Origin: an uncultured Lachnospiraceae bacterium
Lineage (GTDB): Bacteria; Bacillota; Clostridia; Oscillospirales; CAG-272
Assembly (NCBI GenBank): GCA_964403505.1
Contig: CAYOFP010000002.1
Span: 3,660 to 67,659 of the forward strand
DNA: 64,000 nucleotides
Direction of reading: 5' to 3'
In this document: in pieces, positions 53,101 through 60,946 of the stretch
Layout of the letters: each line of letters opens with the position of its first letter
Numbering within the stretch: the stretch's first letter is position 1
Notes under the pieces: model-generated
What the model was told of the DNA's origin: nothing
Databases searched by the model: none
Seen by the model: only the letters and a program-made list of their open reading frames with translations
Position numbers and translations under genes: made by a program

Positions 53101-54962
53101 TATCCGTTTTCGTCACATACCGAGTCGTATGTATCTCCGTAGTAGCGTGCCTGCACACGCTTTCCTTTGACGGTGACGCCGGATATGTGAGTGACCAATA
53201 CATCGAAGTCGTAGCTGTCGCCTGCATAGGCGTAGTTTTTGTCAGCCTTTACCTCAAAAATATAGTTTTGCAGATGATAGTTCTGTATGTGTATCGTGCA
53301 TGCGCCTATGATGGTATTATCATATTTGAGCCTGATGTACAGGTCATCCCGGCTCACGTGATTTACGAGATCAAATTCCGTTTCAAACGCTCCGTATTTA
53401 TCAGGAGTGACCGTGACGGTCTGTTCACCGTCGCCGAGGACTACCGTGAAGCTTTTATCGGCTTTATCGCCGAAAAGCTTTGTCGGCACAGCGCCCCATA
53501 CATGTACGGTTTCGTCCGGTTTGTACATTGTTTTGTCGGTGTAGATAAACGATGAGATATATTCACTATTCGTGAAGTTCTCTATCGCTGCCATGAGCGG
53601 CATCTCTTTGCTTCCGATCTTTACATAGCCGCCATTACTGCCTACATCTTTGAGTACGGCGATGCCGTTGTTATCTGTCTTGTATTCTTTTTCGTTGTAT
53701 TCTACACGTGCGTCGGAAAGCAGTCCGTTTTCGTCTGCTGCCCAGGCGATAATATCGTTATTTGTGACCCCGAGGTATGCTCGAATATTGTTTACCTGTA
53801 TGATCCAGTCGAAGATAAAGCGTCCTTCAGCATTGTATATATGTGCCACATAATAACCGCAGTCAAAGTCGAGCGGTATGTTGAAAAATGAATAATAATC
53901 CTCCGCCGAGGTTTTTATATCCTCGATCCTGCCGTATTCTTCTGTTGCGATATTGAGGCTACCCATCGCATATGACGCCATGTCATCGCCCGTGCTGAAT
54001 TTATCGACTACTGCACTGACGGTGCCGTCCTCGGCCAAGTGCCGTTCTCTGTAAACGACCGTGACGTCCTCTCCGTCGGTATAAGTGTTGACCTTATCGG
54101 CACTCACCGTGATCGGGGAGCAGAAGTTTGACCCGTCATAAGAAGAGATTGAGAAGGAGAATGAGTAGCTTGACTCAAGCGACAGCCCATCGCTTTTTAC
54201 TCCTTTCAATACGGTGATGGTGTATGTCTCATTCTCTGCGAGAGCTTCATTCGGTGTAAGACGTGCCGTCCTGCCGATGTATTCCCACGTGCCGTCTATT
54301 TGAGGCTCGGTTTTTACATATTCGGACAGATCGGATGTGATAATGCTTGAAAACTCTATTTCTATGACGGTGTCTTTGTCAACGTCTGACGCTAAGCTGC
54401 GGGGGTATGTGCCGCTCACCTGTAATGCCGACTCGGTCTGGAACGCCCATGAGTATTCGACGGCGCTGTTTTCTACGTATGATACCTGTACGGTGCTTGC
54501 GCTCGATAAATAATTCGACAGGGTAACGGCGTAGCAGTTTTCTGTCTCTGTCTTTTCGACGGTATATTCGGGACCGCCCGAGATAAATACGTGCTCTCTG
54601 ACTCTGTCGACCGTTCCGTTCTCACACTCGACGATAAAACGTGTATCGAGTGAGATGAGGTCGCCGTCTGTTTTCTCTGCGGTGATATTCAGTATTTTGA
54701 AATCGCCGAGCGGCTCGGTCTCTTTCTCCGTTTCGTGTGTTGTGTCTTCGCCCTGCGTCGGAGGAACGGAAACAGGCGATTTATGATTATTTATCTGTAT
54801 TACGGTAAATACGGAGGTGACGATCAGGCAGAAGGATGCGGCGAGCGCAGTGATGCGCAGAGCGGCGGCACGTCTTGCTTTCTTTTCGTTTCTTTGCTGG
54901 TACTCGGCGATGAGGTCGTCATCTATCATGCCGAGCGCATTTGTCAGCTTGTCTTTTTTCAT
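50184..54962 (-). CDS. Membrane-anchored alpha-2-macroglobulin-like giant protein (putative anti-sigma factor by synteny)
   Basis: 1592 aa: a 30-aa cytoplasmic N-terminus, one TM helix (about residues 35-56), an Ig-like region and then repeated MG-like beta-domains. The hallmark RDSFDDTACFKTVQTDKNGKATVTFTLPDNVCEYRITTHAV lies at aa 1021-1061. Its start overlaps the sigma-gene stop (ATGA). Confidence 0.75.
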   Translation of the reverse strand: MKKDKLTNALGMIDDDLIAEYQQRNEKKARRAAALRITALAASFCLIVTSVFTVIQINNHKSPVSVPPTQGEDTTHETEKETEPLGDFKILNITAEKTDGDLISLDTRFIVECENGTVDRVREHVFISGGPEYTVEKTETENCYAVTLSNYLSSASTVQVSYVENSAVEYSWAFQTESALQVSGTYPRSLASDVDKDTVIEIEFSSIITSDLSEYVKTEPQIDGTWEYIGRTARLTPNEALAENETYTITVLKGVKSDGLSLESSYSFSFSISSYDGSNFCSPITVSADKVNTYTDGEDVTVVYRERHLAEDGTVSAVVDKFSTGDDMASYAMGSLNIATEEYGRIEDIKTSAEDYYSFFNIPLDFDCGYYVAHIYNAEGRFIFDWIIQVNNIRAYLGVTNNDIIAWAADENGLLSDARVEYNEKEYKTDNNGIAVLKDVGSNGGYVKIGSKEMPLMAAIENFTNSEYISSFIYTDKTMYKPDETVHVWGAVPTKLFGDKADKSFTVVLGDGEQTVTVTPDKYGAFETEFDLVNHVSRDDLYIRLKYDNTIIGACTIHIQNYHLQNYIFEVKADKNYAYAGDSYDFDVLVTHISGVTVKGKRVQARYYGDTYDSVCDENGYAHFSIQTQKLYHTSDRLEEFYQIMSDSITIYSGDDENNDYCHFYLVNTKCFAMTEKTDEAIYINLKKIATDGKENIKYSYMGEKDFLGEGANSSAEVYILLEKEERKKKEKAYDEYTKKYYYEYDYDSSYTEIDKFTVDIVNGEAVIDTGKYSIPDATENESYTLYCSLYITDPETKTVIMTGNMSLKASYFKPGKHGLLYDNCKYRLNSDFDSEGCGIGKKVGVTLTDRNGNVQTGGTVLRLIYNDGIISHKLLSADSDLSVTTTEEMFPWAYLTGAYYTDGHFYRMPTNDIYSGHEEKKINIDIAEDKTVYSPGDTVTLNITTKDAKGDAISCTTNISVVNEAVFLTYPDNSIFPSRSYGKGKANFYSYSSHRIFEMIPFEGGMGGGNPEESGSATTRDSFDDTACFKTVQTDKNGKATVTFTLPDNVCEYRITTHAVKDGVYTGSARHFVSACMDFFIQSTPPRNVKSSDDLVLNANSILESGIANVEFTFTVKEADFCETLTAMSGANASVNLGKLPVGTYTANISAVCGDYKDAVEYPFEIINSAQQIVKQEEFSPNDTPVITPSALPVTLEIYNTQTQRYLKYFDYLERHFNERLDTIVCNNEAALQKKQILGDDTLSFATDYSTINLYLCSQDHLLSYLPEGEGSPVMTALFNYYIHASGLWSTRYYTPKPGYSRLDYFRYLLYRAACGDSVLVDLRYAKNEIGDNEYCRALMSCAFAFVGDYTNAEEVYKTMTGECDDEDYAALRIIAATFIDKENAAAMIDAVIDDKPYTLYLPFAVLSYIKNNTPDITKTDTVKISCGAFKDTVTVNGIEIKKVKINEKDLSDISFETKSDNIRICAVYQADYTVGQEDGTGDIIASISGDTGKYQIAYLNLDLAYLPVRCGRIRVALPNCFRYIGMGTNQDYVYITANADSLVINVGEKAADKIKIPLIIKNEGNYVIEPVVFTSSEGVFRSDAFEFTAE

Positions 54963-55516
54963 AACCCAAACCCCTCCTTTGTTAAATATTTTTTGAGCTC
55001 TTCTCTTAACCTATGTAAAATCGTTTTAATCGCCGATTCCCTTATTCCGTATTCACGGGATAATTCGGTGATGGACAGCATGTTCCAATACCGCCCGATG
55101 AAAAGCATGCGTTTCTTGTAGCTGAGCGAGCGTAAAAATTCATTGATCTTCTCTGCGAGCATCTTTTCGTCGAGGGCATCCTGCGGGGATTCTCCCTCGG
55201 ATAATATATTCTCGAGCTCGTCGAAAACGAGTATGTACGAGTGTTGCCGCTTGGACGCATTGTCCTTTCGCAGCTTGTCGAGCGATATATTCCGTGTCAG
55301 CTTGCCGAGATACCCCGAGAGATTATTCGGTCGGTTCGGCGGTATTGACTGCCACGCACTCAAAAATGTGTCGTTGACACATTCCTCCGCATCCTCTTCG
55401 GACTGAAGGATGGAAAACGAGATTTTGAGGCAATATTTATTGTACTGTCGGTGAGCTTCGTCTATCGCAGATTCGTTCCTCTGCCAGAAAAGCTCAATTA
55501 TATCATTGTCATTCAT
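54959..55516 (-). CDS. RNA polymerase sigma factor, sigma-70 ECF subfamily
   Basis: Region 2 (ECVNDTFLSAWQSI) and region 4 (SITELSREYGIRESAIKTILHRLREEL). Confidence 0.85.
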   Translation of the reverse strand: MNDNDIIELFWQRNESAIDEAHRQYNKYCLKISFSILQSEEDAEECVNDTFLSAWQSIPPNRPNNLSGYLGKLTRNISLDKLRKDNASKRQHSYILVFDELENILSEGESPQDALDEKMLAEKINEFLRSLSYKKRMLFIGRYWNMLSITELSREYGIRESAIKTILHRLREELKKYLTKEGFGL

Positions 55517-55549
55517 ATGAAATCTCCTGACGATGGTGTCATATATATA

Positions 55550-55575
55550 GACGTAAAAAAATCAAAAAGGTTACA
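55550..55575 (-). promoter_or_regulatory. Candidate ECF-type autoregulated promoter TGTAAC-N16-CGTC
   Basis: Minus strand: TGTAAC (55575-55570), 16-nt spacer, CGTC (55553-55550). It lies about 30 nt upstream of the sigma-gene start. Confidence 0.45.
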
Positions 55576-55700
55576 CTTTTTTTGTAAAAAAAATAAATTT
55601 TTTTCTCGTGACCCACAATTTGCGTGTTTTTTTCCGTCATGTTATTGCTAAAAAAACCAAACGGCATTATAATATAGTAAAAAATACCGAGGTCTTGAAA

Positions 55701-56537
55701 ATGAATACAGTATACGAGCTTTCAAAAAATAAAGGCATACTTTTGGCGGCGCACAGAGGAGTATGCGGCGGCAATATACCGTGTAACACGCTGCAGGCGT
55801 TTGAGATTGCCGTACGGCAGGGCGCGGATATTGTCGAGCTCGATGTCGAGCGCAGTGCGGATGATCGGCTTTTCATACAGCATCCCGGAATGGAGTGGGT
55901 GCATATCGGAAACGAAAGATCCATAAAGGAGTACCCGGCGTCCGAGGTCGTGGATTTTGTCCGTCTCAATGCGGATATGAATCCGACGGCATGGAAAATG
56001 ATACGATTTGAGGATGCGCTTGAACTTTTACGTGGCAGATGTATTATAAATATAGATAAATTCTGGGAAAATCCCGAGCTCATCGCAAATGCCGTGCGTA
56101 AACTGGGAATGACCGATCAGGTGATCATAAAGAGCCCCGATAACCCCGAGTATATCGATGCGGTCGAGAGATATGCGCCCGAGATACCGTATATCCCCGT
56201 CGTTTCCGATACCGATAAGACCCACGAGGAGCTGATGTCGAGAAATATCAATTACGTCGGTGTCGAGGCGATCCTAACAAGTGAAGAGGTCGAGACGGCA
56301 TCTCACGCATATATCGAGCGCCTTCATAAAGACGGAAAATTCGTATGGGTAAATTCGCTTGTATATTATTATAAAGCGATCCTGTCCGCAGGACACGATG
56401 ACGATATCTCCCTGACCGACGACCCCGCCAAAGGCTGGGGCTGGCTCGCCTCCCGCGGCTACGACGTAATACAGACAGACTATCTTCTCGCCTGCAGACT
56501 CTACCTCGAGAGCATTGGCAAACGTACGATTCAGTGA
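55701..56537 (+). CDS. Glycerophosphodiester phosphodiesterase family protein
   Basis: AAHRG..NT..AF..A..GADIVELDV motif. Start at MNTVYEL. Confidence 0.8.
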   Translation: MNTVYELSKNKGILLAAHRGVCGGNIPCNTLQAFEIAVRQGADIVELDVERSADDRLFIQHPGMEWVHIGNERSIKEYPASEVVDFVRLNADMNPTAWKMIRFEDALELLRGRCIINIDKFWENPELIANAVRKLGMTDQVIIKSPDNPEYIDAVERYAPEIPYIPVVSDTDKTHEELMSRNINYVGVEAILTSEEVETASHAYIERLHKDGKFVWVNSLVYYYKAILSAGHDDDISLTDDPAKGWGWLASRGYDVIQTDYLLACRLYLESIGKRTIQ

Positions 56538-56618
56538 TGATATAACGATACAACATGCGATGCATGATATAATAACATTCTATCATGTTTTTGCGTATGT
56601 TTCAACACAGATAAAAAC

Positions 56619-56650
56619 AAAAGAGCCGGTCAAAAGATCTGCTCTTTTTT
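56619..56650 (+). terminator. Probable rho-independent terminator
   Basis: AAAAGAGC / GCTCTTTT stem with a 14-nt loop and a T-run. Confidence 0.55.
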
Positions 56651-56715
56651 CAAACTCAGTAAAAGTCATGAATATCCGGAAAATCCGTGCAACGAAACCT
56701 CGCCAATATTGTCGA

Positions 56716-56744
56716 TTGAAATATGTTCCGTTTTATGGTATAAT
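56716..56744 (+). promoter_or_regulatory. Sigma-A type promoter of the K+ channel gene
   Basis: TTGAAA, 17-nt spacer, TATAAT, with an extended -10 TGG. Confidence 0.7.
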
Positions 56745-56827
56745 ATATTTGGATGTTTGTAATTAATGCATTGAAATTTTGGAAATGATGTATTCTTTAT
56801 GTGCTTTTAATTGGATGGTAATGAATA

Positions 56828-57538
56828 ATGAGAAAAAGAATTTTTGAAATAATTGAGATGGCAAAAGATAATGACAGATTGAGTAGCATTTATGATGTTT
56901 TTATGATGTGCGTAATTGTAGTCAGTTTAGTTCCTTTAACATCTAAGAGCAATTTTTTTGGCTTTGAAATAATAGACAAAGTTGCTGTTGTGATTTTTAT
57001 TGCAGATTATTTGTTGAGATTGTTTACAGCTGATTTTAAGATGAAAAAAGGCGTTATTTCTTTTATTATTTATCCTATTACCCCAATGGCGATTATTGAT
57101 CTTCTATGCATACTTCCGTCAATAAGCATAATTAGCAACGGATTCCGTATACTTAAAGTCTTTCGCCTTTTTAGAACATTGCGGGTCTTCCGAATTTTTA
57201 AGGCGATAAGATATTCAAAAAGCATTAAAATGATAAAAGGCGTGTTTGTATCTCAAAAAAAGCCATTAATCACTGTCGGGATTTTGGCAATTGCGTATGT
57301 TTTGATTTCAGCACTTGTCATTTTTAATGTTGAACCTGATTCGTTTAATGATTTTTTTGATGCTGTTTATTGGGCCACTGTTTCGCTTACAACTATGGGA
57401 TATGGAGATATTTACCCTGTTACTACTATCGGGCGGATTGTAACTATGATCTCATCAGTTTTTGGCATTGCTATTATTGCTCTTCCTTCCGGTATTATTA
57501 CAGCCGGATTTATGGAGGAGCTTAATAAGGATAATTGA
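56828..57538 (+). CDS. Voltage-gated potassium channel (6-TM, Kv-like)
   Basis: The S4-like helix FRILKVFRLFRTLRVFRIFKAIR has 8 Arg/Lys at every third position. Selectivity filter TTMGYGD. Confidence 0.85.
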   Translation: MRKRIFEIIEMAKDNDRLSSIYDVFMMCVIVVSLVPLTSKSNFFGFEIIDKVAVVIFIADYLLRLFTADFKMKKGVISFIIYPITPMAIIDLLCILPSISIISNGFRILKVFRLFRTLRVFRIFKAIRYSKSIKMIKGVFVSQKKPLITVGILAIAYVLISALVIFNVEPDSFNDFFDAVYWATVSLTTMGYGDIYPVTTIGRIVTMISSVFGIAIIALPSGIITAGFMEELNKDN

Positions 57539-57598
57539 CTTTAATAAATCTCCGAATCTCCGAATTTTATGATATTGCATTAAAGTTCGGCTTGTCAG

Positions 57599-57644
57599 AA
57601 AAAACAGATCCGAACCCTTCGCCATCTGGCTTTGGGTTCGGATT
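57599..57644 (-). terminator. Rho-independent terminator of tRNA-Leu
   Basis: Minus strand: ATCCGAACCC / GGGTTCGGAT stem followed by GTTTTTT. Confidence 0.8.
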
Positions 57645-57653
57645 TATATAGTT

Positions 57654-57737
57654 TGGTGCACCTGACAGGAATCGAACCTGCACATCGAAGATACTAGATC
57701 CTAAATCTAGTGCGTCTGCCAGTTCCGCCACAGGTGC
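57654..57737 (-). tRNA. tRNA-Leu (anticodon UAG)
   Basis: I folded the cloverleaf by hand. Acceptor GCACCUG/CAGGUGC, anticodon stem CUAGA/UCUAG with loop UUUAGGA, a long variable arm, T-loop UUCGAUU, and an encoded CCA. Confidence 0.92.
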
Positions 57738-57792
57738 GTGCATATATGCTATCATAATTTCAGCGAAATGTCAATAAATCCCGAAAAAAGAC

Positions 57793-57822
57793 TTGACAAA
57801 TTTATACTGCGTGTGATATACT
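57793..57822 (+). promoter_or_regulatory. Sigma-A type promoter of rpmG-secE-nusG
   Basis: TTGACA (57793-57798), 18-nt spacer, TATACT (57817-57822), with an extended -10 TGA. Confidence 0.7.
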
Positions 57823-57920
57823 ATCCATACCTCGTGTGCGAGGCGTTTTTTTGCGTCCCGCTATTGAGGGAGGTTTTATCTAAGGAATGTGCTCATTCCT
57901 AATTTACAGGAGGTACCGAA

Positions 57921-58070
57921 ATGAGAGTCAAGATCACATTAGCTTGCAGCGAGTGCAAGCAGCGCAACTATGACACAAAGAAAAACAAGAAGAACAATCC
58001 TGATCGTCTTGAGATGATGAAATATTGTCGTTTCTGCCGTAAGCATACTCTTCATAAGGAAACGAAGTAA
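57921..58070 (+). CDS. rpmG: 50S ribosomal protein L33
   Basis: Not in the ORF track because it is only 49 aa. I translated it by hand: [59 protein letters not shown]. Confidence 0.93.
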   Translation: MRVKITLACSECKQRNYDTKKNKKNNPDRLEMMKYCRFCRKHTLHKETK

Positions 58071-58080
58071 GGAGGAAGCT

Positions 58081-58302
58081 ATGGCTGAAAAAACAAAGAA
58101 ACTGTCATTTTTTGAAAAAATCAAAAAATTTTTCAAGGATATAAAGGCAGAGTTAAAAAAGATTACATGGTTCAGTACAGAACAGACGCTTAAGAGCACC
58201 GCAATCGTATGCATTATGGTTATTGTATTTGCTATCGTTATCGGTTTACTTGATTACGGTTTTGCTACTCTTATGAATCTGCTCGGCGGTATCCTTGCAT
58301 AA
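58081..58302 (+). CDS. secE: Preprotein translocase subunit SecE
   Basis: 73 aa. ELKKITWFSTEQTLKST followed by one TM helix, in the conserved position between rpmG and nusG. Confidence 0.9.
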   Translation: MAEKTKKLSFFEKIKKFFKDIKAELKKITWFSTEQTLKSTAIVCIMVIVFAIVIGLLDYGFATLMNLLGGILA

Positions 58303-58314
58303 GGTGATTATCTG

Positions 58315-58857
58315 ATGAAAGAAGAAAATTTCACCAATCTCGGACCGCGCTGGTATGTAGTACACACTTATTCGGGGTATGAGAATAAGGTAAAAACCAA
58401 TCTTGAAAAGATTATTGACAACCGCGGACTCCACGATATGATAATGGAGGTTCGGGTACCTGTCGAGATCGTTGTCGATGAGAGCGGCGATACGCCGAAG
58501 GAAGTCGAGAGTAAGGTTTTTCCGAGTTATGTCCTCGTTAAGATGTGTATGACGGATGCGACATGGCATGTCGTCAGGAATATTACGGGTGTTACCGGCT
58601 TTGTCGGACCCGGATCACGTCCCGTTCCACTGTCTGAGGAAGAGGTCGCCGCAATGGGCGTTGAAACTAAGGTTGTCACAGTCGGCTACGACGTGGGCGA
58701 CAGCGTGAAGATCGTTTCGGGTGCGCTCGCAGGCTTCACGGGCGTTGTCAAGGAAATTTCCGAGGACAAAAAGAAGATCAATGTACTTGCGTCTATGTTC
58801 GGCAGAGAGACACTCGTCGAGCTCGCCGCAAACGATGTCGAGAAGATCGACGACTAA
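58315..58857 (+). CDS. nusG: Transcription termination/antitermination factor NusG
   Basis: WYVVHTYSGYENKV N-terminal (NGN) domain and a C-terminal KOW domain (GDSVKIVSGALAGFTGVV). Confidence 0.95.
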   Translation: MKEENFTNLGPRWYVVHTYSGYENKVKTNLEKIIDNRGLHDMIMEVRVPVEIVVDESGDTPKEVESKVFPSYVLVKMCMTDATWHVVRNITGVTGFVGPGSRPVPLSEEEVAAMGVETKVVTVGYDVGDSVKIVSGALAGFTGVVKEISEDKKKINVLASMFGRETLVELAANDVEKIDD

Positions 58858-58953
58858 AACTAATTAGGTTTAAAACCTTTCGCCGTATGGCGAATGTGGG
58901 AGGGAGAAAATCTTTATTCTTCCGCCTTAAAACCACATAGGAGGTATTATAAA

Positions 58954-59379
58954 ATGGCAAAGAAAATTCAGGGCTATATCAAGCTCCAGCTCGAGGCAGG
59001 AAAAGCGACACCCGCTCCTCCCGTAGGACCTGCGCTCGGTCAGTATCAGGTTTCCATAGGAAACTTCACGAAGGAATTCAACGAGAGAACGAAGAATCAG
59101 ATGGGTTATATCATTCCTGTCGTTATTACGGTTTATGCCGACCGTTCTTTCACATTCATCACAAAGACTCCTCCGGCAGCCGTTCTTATCAAGAAGGCAG
59201 CAGGTATCGAGTTGGGATCCGGTGTGCCGAATAAGACGAAGGTCGCAAAGCTCACAAAGGATCAGGTAAAGCAGATCGCAGAAACAAAGATGCCCGACCT
59301 CAATGCAGGTTCGATCGAGGCAGCCATGAGCATGGTAGCCGGAACTGCACGTAGCATGGGCGTAACTGTCGAGGAATAA
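58954..59379 (+). CDS. rplK: 50S ribosomal protein L11
   Basis: [30 protein letters not shown]. The start follows AGGAGGT. Confidence 0.97.
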   Translation: MAKKIQGYIKLQLEAGKATPAPPVGPALGQYQVSIGNFTKEFNERTKNQMGYIIPVVITVYADRSFTFITKTPPAAVLIKKAAGIELGSGVPNKTKVAKLTKDQVKQIAETKMPDLNAGSIEAAMSMVAGTARSMGVTVEE

Positions 59380-59393
59380 GGAGGTAAAGAGTT

Positions 59394-60080
59394 ATGGCAG
59401 GAAAGAGATATTCTGATAGTGCAAAACTGCTCGAGAAGTCAAAACTTTACGATCCTTCCGAGGCAGTAGAGCTTGTTTGCAAAACAGCAAAAGCAAAATT
59501 TGATGAGACCATAGAGGTCCATGTTCGTCTGGGTGTTGACTCACGTCACGCTGATCAGCAGGTCAGAGGTGCTATCGTGCTTCCCAACGGTACAGGTAAG
59601 ACTGTAAGAACACTTGTTTTCGCTAAGGGCGATAAGGTAAAAGAAGCTGAAGAGGCAGGTGCTGACTATGTCGGCGCTGAGGACTATATGGAAAAGATCC
59701 AGAAAGAGAACTGGTTCGATTTCGATATCATTATCGCAACTCCCGATATGATGGGCGTTGTCGGCCGTCTCGGTAAGGTGCTCGGTCCTAAGGGACTTAT
59801 GCCTAACCCGAAGGCCGGTACGGTAACTATGGATGTTGCAAAGGCAGTTGCAGAAGCAAAGGCCGGTAAGATCGAGTATCGTCTCGATAAGACTAATATC
59901 ATCCACTGCATGATCGGTAAGGCTTCGTTCGGTCCCGAGAAGATAGGCGAGAACCTCGCTACGCTCATGGACGCTATTATCAAGGCTAAGCCGGCAGCGG
60001 CAAAGGGTCAGTACATTAAGAGCTGCGTTATCGCATCTACGATGGGCCCCGGCGTTAAGGTCAACAGTGTAAAATTCTGA
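59394..60080 (+). CDS. rplA: 50S ribosomal protein L1
   Basis: Canonical L1 sequence ([50 protein letters not shown]). Confidence 0.97.
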   Translation: MAGKRYSDSAKLLEKSKLYDPSEAVELVCKTAKAKFDETIEVHVRLGVDSRHADQQVRGAIVLPNGTGKTVRTLVFAKGDKVKEAEEAGADYVGAEDYMEKIQKENWFDFDIIIATPDMMGVVGRLGKVLGPKGLMPNPKAGTVTMDVAKAVAEAKAGKIEYRLDKTNIIHCMIGKASFGPEKIGENLATLMDAIIKAKPAAAKGQYIKSCVIASTMGPGVKVNSVKF

Positions 60081-60094
60081 TTTCTATGAAAGAT

Positions 60095-60124
60095 GGGGCT
60101 TGCTTCGGCAAGCCCCGATTTTTT
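60095..60124 (+). terminator. Rho-independent terminator after rplA
   Basis: GGGGCTTGC, loop ttcg, GCAAGCCCC, followed by GATTTTTT. Confidence 0.9.
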
Positions 60125-60129
60125 ATCTC

Positions 60130-60945
60130 ATGAAAAAATATCCTGTATTATTTATATTTATATTATTTGTCTGTCATTTTCTCGTATCGGTCGTGCTCGG
60201 TACGATGCTCGGCATCTACACATATATTGCCTCATTTGCGGCGTTGTTTTTTATATGTGTGAGCTACGGTTACAGCGCTGACAGAGAGACGCAGAGCACC
60301 TTTAAGAAGACGCTCGCATGTGCGGTCTCTTTTGCAGGCGTTTTGATCGTCGGTGTGTCGCTTCGCTTTATAACCGAAGCGGTATTTCCCGACCTGTCGG
60401 CAAAATTGCTGTCTGCAAAAATGCACATCTTGTATTCCGACCATACGAGCGCAGGCTTGCTCAGAGCTGTATATGCGATCGTAAGCTCCATTGCCGTGAC
60501 TTCCGTTTCGGTTTTTCTCGTGAGTAAGGCGTGCCGTCAGCCGAGGTTTATAAGGTATTTGTTCGCCGCCGTTCTCGGTGGTTTGTTTGCCCTTGATTTT
60601 TCGATGTTTCTTAGCAATATGCTTTTGTGCGCTTTTCTTTTGTATTTATATGACAGGGGCATTTCCGTTTTCTATATTTTTGTTATCGGCTTGATATTCA
60701 AGGGGGTATCGGTCTGGCTTGACTTCATAAATTCCATGCTACATACCTCATTCGGTGCGGAAATGGAATTTTCCGAGGCGGGGGCGATGCTCGTGCTGTT
60801 TTCGGGTGTTGCTATGATTTTATTTGTGATCGGAGATATTTTTATTTCAGGCAGAGTGAAAAAAACGTTGACTTATACTTTAAGCGCCGCAGGACTGCTT
60901 CTGACGGTCGTCGGATGCGCCACGGTACAGTATTTTAATATGTGA
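60130..60945 (+). CDS. Hypothetical polytopic membrane protein
   Basis: Multiple TM helices. I chose the start at MKKYPVLF, after the terminator. There is no obvious RBS. Confidence 0.45.
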   Translation: MKKYPVLFIFILFVCHFLVSVVLGTMLGIYTYIASFAALFFICVSYGYSADRETQSTFKKTLACAVSFAGVLIVGVSLRFITEAVFPDLSAKLLSAKMHILYSDHTSAGLLRAVYAIVSSIAVTSVSVFLVSKACRQPRFIRYLFAAVLGGLFALDFSMFLSNMLLCAFLLYLYDRGISVFYIFVIGLIFKGVSVWLDFINSMLHTSFGAEMEFSEAGAMLVLFSGVAMILFVIGDIFISGRVKKTLTYTLSAAGLLLTVVGCATVQYFNM

Positions 60946-60946
60946 A

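Noticed and set aside
58858-58953. Possible L1-binding autoregulatory leader upstream of rplK.
   Set aside because: Such regulation is plausible from knowledge of L11 operons. However, I could not identify a convincing mimic of the 23S rRNA L1-binding site by eye, so the sequence alone gives insufficient support.
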